DNA of 11,556 bases from a bacterium (GTDB lineage: Bacteria > BMS3Abin14), in the NCBI GenBank assembly GCA_020349685.1, contig CP070698.1, positions 1,928,671 through 1,940,226 of the forward strand, given 5' to 3'. The notes under the pieces are model-generated. The model ran no database searches and had not been told where the DNA came from. It was given only the letters and a program-made list of their open reading frames with translations. Within the stretch, counting starts at the first letter, position 1, and the number at the start of each line of letters is the position of its first letter. The position numbers and the translations under genes were made by a program. Positions 7,987 through 11,556 of the stretch are shown one piece after another.

Positions 7987-9129
7987 ATGAGCGTTTTCGC
8001 GGCAAAAGGTGACGCCAGGGATTACCTCACCATGGCGTCGGCCACCTTCCTGGTCTTCCTGTCCCACTCCACCATAACCTTTTTAGCGGTCATTCTGCGG
8101 GACCTGGGCCTTGGCGAGGCGGACATCGGGCTCGTTGTATCTGCCCCCCTCCTCCCCATCCTGGCAGGCATGTTCTGGTCCGGACACCTGATGGAGCGGT
8201 TCGGCCCCCTGAGGGTCGTGAGGGCCGGCTTCGTCATGATCCTTATCGCACACCTGAGCCTGGAGGTCACGGTGACCAGTATCAGGGGTGTTGTCCTCTC
8301 CCGGGCCTTTCACGGGTTCGGTTACGGGATCTTCATGCCGGCCAGCATGACCTACGTAAAGGGCAAACTGCGCGCCGAGCGCATGGTTCACCCCTTTGGA
8401 ATTTACGCCAGCATGATCCTCATGCCCAATATCGTCGGGCCCTGGATCATGGAAAACCTCTACTCCGCCCTGGGGTTGAGCGGCCTGTTCCTCCTTACAG
8501 CGCTGCCCTCCCTGGCGGGGAACCTCCTGGCTCAGGTGCCCGGGGCGGGCCGGCTGCCCGAGGTGGGAGGAATACACACAGGGTACGGTGCGCTGCTCCG
8601 GATGAGCAGCATACGTCCCCTTATCCTGACCATCTTTACCGTGGGCCTGGTCTACGGCATCGTGCCGACGATCATGTCCCTGTACCTGAAGGTGAACACC
8701 ATCGCCATGGTTTATTACTTCACGCCCTTCACGGCGGCCCTTTTCACCGGCCGTTTCCTCGTCATGCGGCTCGTCGAGCGGGTTCCCCTCAAGGCCCTCG
8801 TGACGACGGGCTTTGTCCTGATGGGGGTCTCCCACCTCTGGCTCATCTCATTCAGAACACCGCCCGCGGCGGTCCTGGCGGGCGTCGTTCTGGGCCTGGG
8901 GTACAGCCTGGAGTACCCGTCCCTGAGTGTGTGGATATCGAGGCGCTTTGATCCGGAGGACAGGGGCAAACCGGTAGCCCTTCTCAACATGTTCTTCCAT
9001 GCGGGGATCTTCATCACCCCCCTTATCGGAGGCTGGGTGATGGAGCGGTTCACCCCCGGAACCTACCTGGTCTTTCTTGTCATCCTGGCTTTGGCGGCCG
9101 CAGCGGCCATGGGGAAGATCAGAAACTGA
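7987..9129 (+). CDS. Major facilitator superfamily transporter, substrate unknown
   Basis: 380-aa hydrophobic protein with about 12 TM segments, motif A-like GHLMERFGPLR, RAFHGFGYG, second-half RLVERVPLK, EDRGK and PLIGGWVME. No clear SD, so the start is less certain. Confidence 0.88.
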   Translation: MSVFAAKGDARDYLTMASATFLVFLSHSTITFLAVILRDLGLGEADIGLVVSAPLLPILAGMFWSGHLMERFGPLRVVRAGFVMILIAHLSLEVTVTSIRGVVLSRAFHGFGYGIFMPASMTYVKGKLRAERMVHPFGIYASMILMPNIVGPWIMENLYSALGLSGLFLLTALPSLAGNLLAQVPGAGRLPEVGGIHTGYGALLRMSSIRPLILTIFTVGLVYGIVPTIMSLYLKVNTIAMVYYFTPFTAALFTGRFLVMRLVERVPLKALVTTGFVLMGVSHLWLISFRTPPAAVLAGVVLGLGYSLEYPSLSVWISRRFDPEDRGKPVALLNMFFHAGIFITPLIGGWVMERFTPGTYLVFLVILALAAAAAMGKIRN

Positions 9130-9154
9130 TCCCCAATTCCAAGTTTCAAATTCC
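9130..9154. repeat. Short degenerate heptamer array (TTCCAAN-like) x3.5
   Basis: TCCCCAA TTCCAAG TTTCAAA TTCC begins at the first base after the MFS stop codon. Confidence 0.45.
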
Positions 9155-9171
9155 TGTCAACAACTGGTAAG

Positions 9172-9196
9172 AAAAAAAGGCGGCCATGGGCCGCCT
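9172..9196 (-). terminator. Rho-independent terminator for the rpe unit, possibly bidirectional
   Basis: AGGCGGCC-ATG-GGCCGCCT 8-bp stem (9178-9196) with an A-run at 9172-9178 (U-tract on - strand) and a displaced TTTTT at 9201-9205 on +; lies between convergent MFS and rpe. Confidence 0.75.
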
Positions 9197-9207
9197 GATA
9201 TTTTTCC

Positions 9208-9235
9208 ATTCACAGTTCGCTATTCACGGTTCACT
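9208..9235. repeat. Heptamer array (RTTCACN) x4
   Basis: ATTCACA GTTCGCT ATTCACG GTTCACT; the last unit contains the rpe stop codon (TCA 9231-9233). Confidence 0.65.
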
Positions 9236-9908
9236 CTATTACCGCCGCCTCCCTCATCCGTCTCATGACCTCCTCATAGGGCGGATTTCCGAAGATGGCG
9301 GAACCGGCCACGAGAATGCGGGCGCCTGCGCGCGTCACCTCGCCCGTATTGTCCGGGCCCACTCCGCCGTCAAGCTGGATGGGGATCGGCCTGCCCGCCT
9401 CGGTCAGCATTTTTGAGAGGTCCTGAAGCTTCCCGATGGTGGAGGGTATGAAGGCCTGTCCGCCGAAACCTGGGTTGACGCTCATGATAAGGATATAGTC
9501 GATGTCGTCCAGGATATAGCGGAGGCCCTCTATGGTGGTGGCCGGGTTGAGCACCACACCGGCTTTGGCGCCCCCTTCCCGGATGAGGGCCAGGGTCCTC
9601 TGAAGGTGCCCGCGGGTCTCCAGGTGCACACTGATCATATCTACCCCCGCGTCGATAAAGGGCCGGATGAACTGATCGGGGTTCTCGATCATGAGGTGGG
9701 CGTCGAAAGGCAGGTCGGTGCAGCTGCGCAGCTTGGCCACGACCGGTGGGCCGAAGGTGATGTTGGGGACGAAATGCCCGTCCATGATGTCCAGGTGGAT
9801 GATGTCCGCCCCGCCCCTGTCGACCCGGGCGATCTCTTCGCACAGCCGGCTGAAATCAGCGGAGAGAAGGGAGGGGGCGATGAGGAGAGCATTGGGGTCG
9901 ATGTGCAT
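9231..9908 (-). CDS. rpe: Ribulose-phosphate 3-epimerase
   Basis: IAPSLLSADF, HLDIMDGHFVPNITFG, DAHLMI, MSVNPGFGGQ, DGGV and LVAGSAIF motifs. ATG 9908 (GAGG upstream) is preferred over GTG 9920, which has no SD. Confidence 0.97.
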   Translation of the reverse strand: MHIDPNALLIAPSLLSADFSRLCEEIARVDRGGADIIHLDIMDGHFVPNITFGPPVVAKLRSCTDLPFDAHLMIENPDQFIRPFIDAGVDMISVHLETRGHLQRTLALIREGGAKAGVVLNPATTIEGLRYILDDIDYILIMSVNPGFGGQAFIPSTIGKLQDLSKMLTEAGRPIPIQLDGGVGPDNTGEVTRAGARILVAGSAIFGNPPYEEVMRRMREAAVIE

Positions 9909-9929
9909 GACTGGCCTCACAAATTGTTG

Positions 9930-10031
9930 ACCGGAGTCAGGAGTCAGGAGTCAGGAGTGAAAATAACATCCCTTCGACCATGTTCAGGTTTTTTTCTTCT
10001 CCTGGCTCCTGATTTCTGATCACTGAATCCT
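9930..10031. repeat. Inverted pair of heptamer arrays (TCAGGAG)n ... (CTCCTGA)n
   Basis: Left: ACCGGAG + TCAGGAG x3 (9930-9957). Right: CTCCTGG CTCCTGA TTTCTGA TCACTGA ATCCT (9999-10031). CTCCTGA is the reverse complement of TCAGGAG. Confidence 0.85.
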
Positions 10032-10039
10032 TTTTTACC

Positions 10040-10067
10040 TCAGCACTTTGCACCTAGTACTTAGCAC
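10040..10067. repeat. Heptamer array (TTAGCAC-like) x4
   Basis: TCAGCAC TTTGCAC CTAGTAC TTAGCAC. Confidence 0.75.
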
Positions 10068-10068
10068 T

Positions 10069-10095
10069 ACAAAGGGTGGATTTGCCACCCTTTGT
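10069..10095 (-). terminator. Perfect 11-bp hairpin directly after the PASTA gene stop (terminator or mRNA-stabilising stem)
   Basis: ACAAAGGGTGG-ATTTG-CCACCCTTTGT abuts the stop at 10096-10098; only a short U-tract (TTTGT) on the - strand. Confidence 0.55.
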
Positions 10096-11046
10096 TTACG
10101 GCACCTCTTCCTCCTCCACCAGAACCCCGTCCACGTAGGCCTTGAGTACGCCTGGCGAGGAAACGACAACGGGAATAGAGATGGAGGTTCCAGGTCCGAC
10201 AGTGTCCTCCCAGACAGTCTTTTCTCCTTCGCCTGTTTCAAGAACCAGCTTGAGGGTCCGGTCGAGAAGCCCGAAAGGTTCTGTGTGGTGATAGAGGACC
10301 ACCTGCGCGGGCTCTGCGGGTCCCGGCATCTTGGTGACCGTCAGATGGATGCTCTGGCCCTCTGTTACGGCACTGCCCGGAGGAGGTGTGAGGGCTGCCA
10401 CCGTACCGGGCGGCACCGTCTCATCGACGATCTCCATGATGCGCCCCGACCGCATTTTCCAGTCCCTTATCCTGGAAAGGACCGTTTCCATGGGAAACCC
10501 TGTCATGTCGGGGAGCAGATAGACGGCTGGCCTCGGACCGTCCCCCAGCAGAAGGTCGATGCCGCTGTTGCGCGCGACAAAGTGACCCGGTGCGGGGGAT
10601 TGTGTGATGACCGATCCGGGCGGGGTCTCATCATCGTGGGTGTGCCCGATCTTCCCCAGGGTCAGGCCTGCCTGGGCGAGCTGCAGTTCGGCCTTGCGCA
10701 GGGTCAGGCCGCTGAGGTCGGGTATGAAGACCGAAGGGGTACCCTGACTCACGATCACGTAGACGATGCGGTTGGCCTTGATCCTGGTGCCTGGCGGCGG
10801 ATCCTGAGAGATGACGTGCCCGGGCGGTGTGCCGATATCGTATCCGGTGCCCTGGACGCGCAGCCCCAATTGGTCCCTGCTGGTAAGTTCGAGGGCGGCG
10901 CGCAGCTCCACCCCTTCCAGAACGGGAACGGTCACCTCACCGCCCCGGGTCAGAAAGGTAAAGGCTACCCATGCGGAGAGGACCGCCGCCACGACCATCC
11001 CGGCGGCAAGGAGCAGGATCCTTATAGCGAGACCGGCTCTACTCAC
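10096..11046 (-). CDS. Membrane-anchored PASTA domain protein (3 PASTA repeats, no kinase domain)
   Basis: 316 aa with one N-terminal TM helix, then VPVLEG...PPGHVISQDPPPG...VIVSQG, IPDLSG...PPGSVITQSPAPG and LPDMTG...PPGTVAALTPPPG repeats, and a beta-rich C-terminal domain. GTG start with AGGAG upstream. Confidence 0.92.
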   Translation of the reverse strand: MSRAGLAIRILLLAAGMVVAAVLSAWVAFTFLTRGGEVTVPVLEGVELRAALELTSRDQLGLRVQGTGYDIGTPPGHVISQDPPPGTRIKANRIVYVIVSQGTPSVFIPDLSGLTLRKAELQLAQAGLTLGKIGHTHDDETPPGSVITQSPAPGHFVARNSGIDLLLGDGPRPAVYLLPDMTGFPMETVLSRIRDWKMRSGRIMEIVDETVPPGTVAALTPPPGSAVTEGQSIHLTVTKMPGPAEPAQVVLYHHTEPFGLLDRTLKLVLETGEGEKTVWEDTVGPGTSISIPVVVSSPGVLKAYVDGVLVEEEEVP

Positions 11047-11083
11047 AATGTCTTCTACACTCCTGAATAAATAGTTGGATCAT

Positions 11084-11242
11084 AAGCTAACTAACCACAG
11101 CGCGGCCGGTTAAAGGCCGCTCCACAGGGTAACACGAGGAAAAAAGCAATTCTGGTTTTTTTGTTTTTAAGCTCGAAAGTTATTAACCCTGTGAAACCCT
11201 GTGATGCAGCCAGGAAATGGCTGCACTGTGGTAAATTAGCTT
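11084..11242. repeat. Inverted-repeat element with 56-nt arms, each carrying an internal hairpin
   Basis: Arm 11084-11139 aligns without gaps to the reverse complement of 11187-11242 (40/56 identical by hand count); 47-nt AT-rich spacer. Confidence 0.8.
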
Positions 11243-11270
11243 TAACCGCTATTAAAGTAAACGGTCCTTG

Positions 11271-11305
11271 CTCTAAACTTCAAACTTCAAACCTCAAACC
11301 TCAAA
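11271..11305. repeat. Heptamer array (CYTCAAA) x5
   Basis: CTCTAAA CTTCAAA CTTCAAA CCTCAAA CCTCAAA, starting 2 nt after the rsmB stop on the - strand. Confidence 0.9.
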
Positions 11306-11307
11306 CA

Positions 11308-11556
11308 TTATTTTTTCTTCTCCATCAGGCACGCATAGAACCCGTCACAATCGTGGCGGTGGGGCCAGAGCCGGAGCTCCCCCCTGTCCGAGAAAATATC
11401 CTGCCGCATGTCCTGGAACTGTTCCCTCATGTCCATGTGGACCATATCCCCGGACCCGGACAGAAAGCGGTCCACGACTTCCTCATTTTCTTCCTCAAGA
11501 AGCGAGCAGGTTGTGTAAAGGAGGCGCCCTCCCTTCTTGAGGGTGCGCGCTGCAAA
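11308..11556 (-). CDS. rsmB: RsmB/NOP2-family RNA m5C methyltransferase, C-terminal part (5' end outside the window), probably 16S rRNA m5C967 methyltransferase
   Basis: Not in the ORF track. Hand translation: FAARTLKKGGRLLYTTCSLLEEENEEVVDRFL...LRLWPHRHDCDGFYACLMEKKK*, with the catalytic TCS motif, EENE and DGF(Y). Position upstream of PASTA-rpe fits rsmB. Confidence 0.9.
   Translation of the reverse strand, partial: FAARTLKKGGRLLYTTCSLLEEENEEVVDRFLSGSGDMVHMDMREQFQDMRQDIFSDRGELRLWPHRHDCDGFYACLMEKKK

Noticed and set aside
7782-8067. Minus-strand ORFs 7782-7964 and 7822-8067
   Set aside because: They run through the repeat arms and the MFS start, and their content reflects the repeats.
10048-11070. 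340-aa + strand ORF
   Set aside because: Antisense shadow of the PASTA gene with no recognisable domain.

Overview
GC-rich bacterial chromosomal segment, probably from a diderm (inferred from a beta-barrel-like secreted protein; gene content suggests a deltaproteobacterial-type anaerobe, not proven). The + strand carries a putative outer-membrane protein, a ktrB-ktrA (Trk/Ktr) K+ uptake pair, a BCAM0308-like CxxC protein, an Fe-S flavoprotein/flavodoxin-fold protein, a coupled pncB-pncA NAD salvage pair, a cupin and an MFS transporter. These converge on a - strand unit: rsmB (3' part), a kinase-less PASTA protein and rpe. I see no rRNA, tRNA, CRISPR array, transposase or phage gene. The coding content is mostly housekeeping. 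The unusual signal is intergenic: (i) at least six different tandem 7-nt repeat arrays, mostly right after stop codons, one as an inverted pair; (ii) two long inverted-repeat elements with AT-rich cores (7644-7910 and 11084-11242), the second with an internal hairpin in each arm showing a compensatory base change. These may be a family of non-autonomous REP/REPIN/MITE-like or RNA-structural elements, which is inference.
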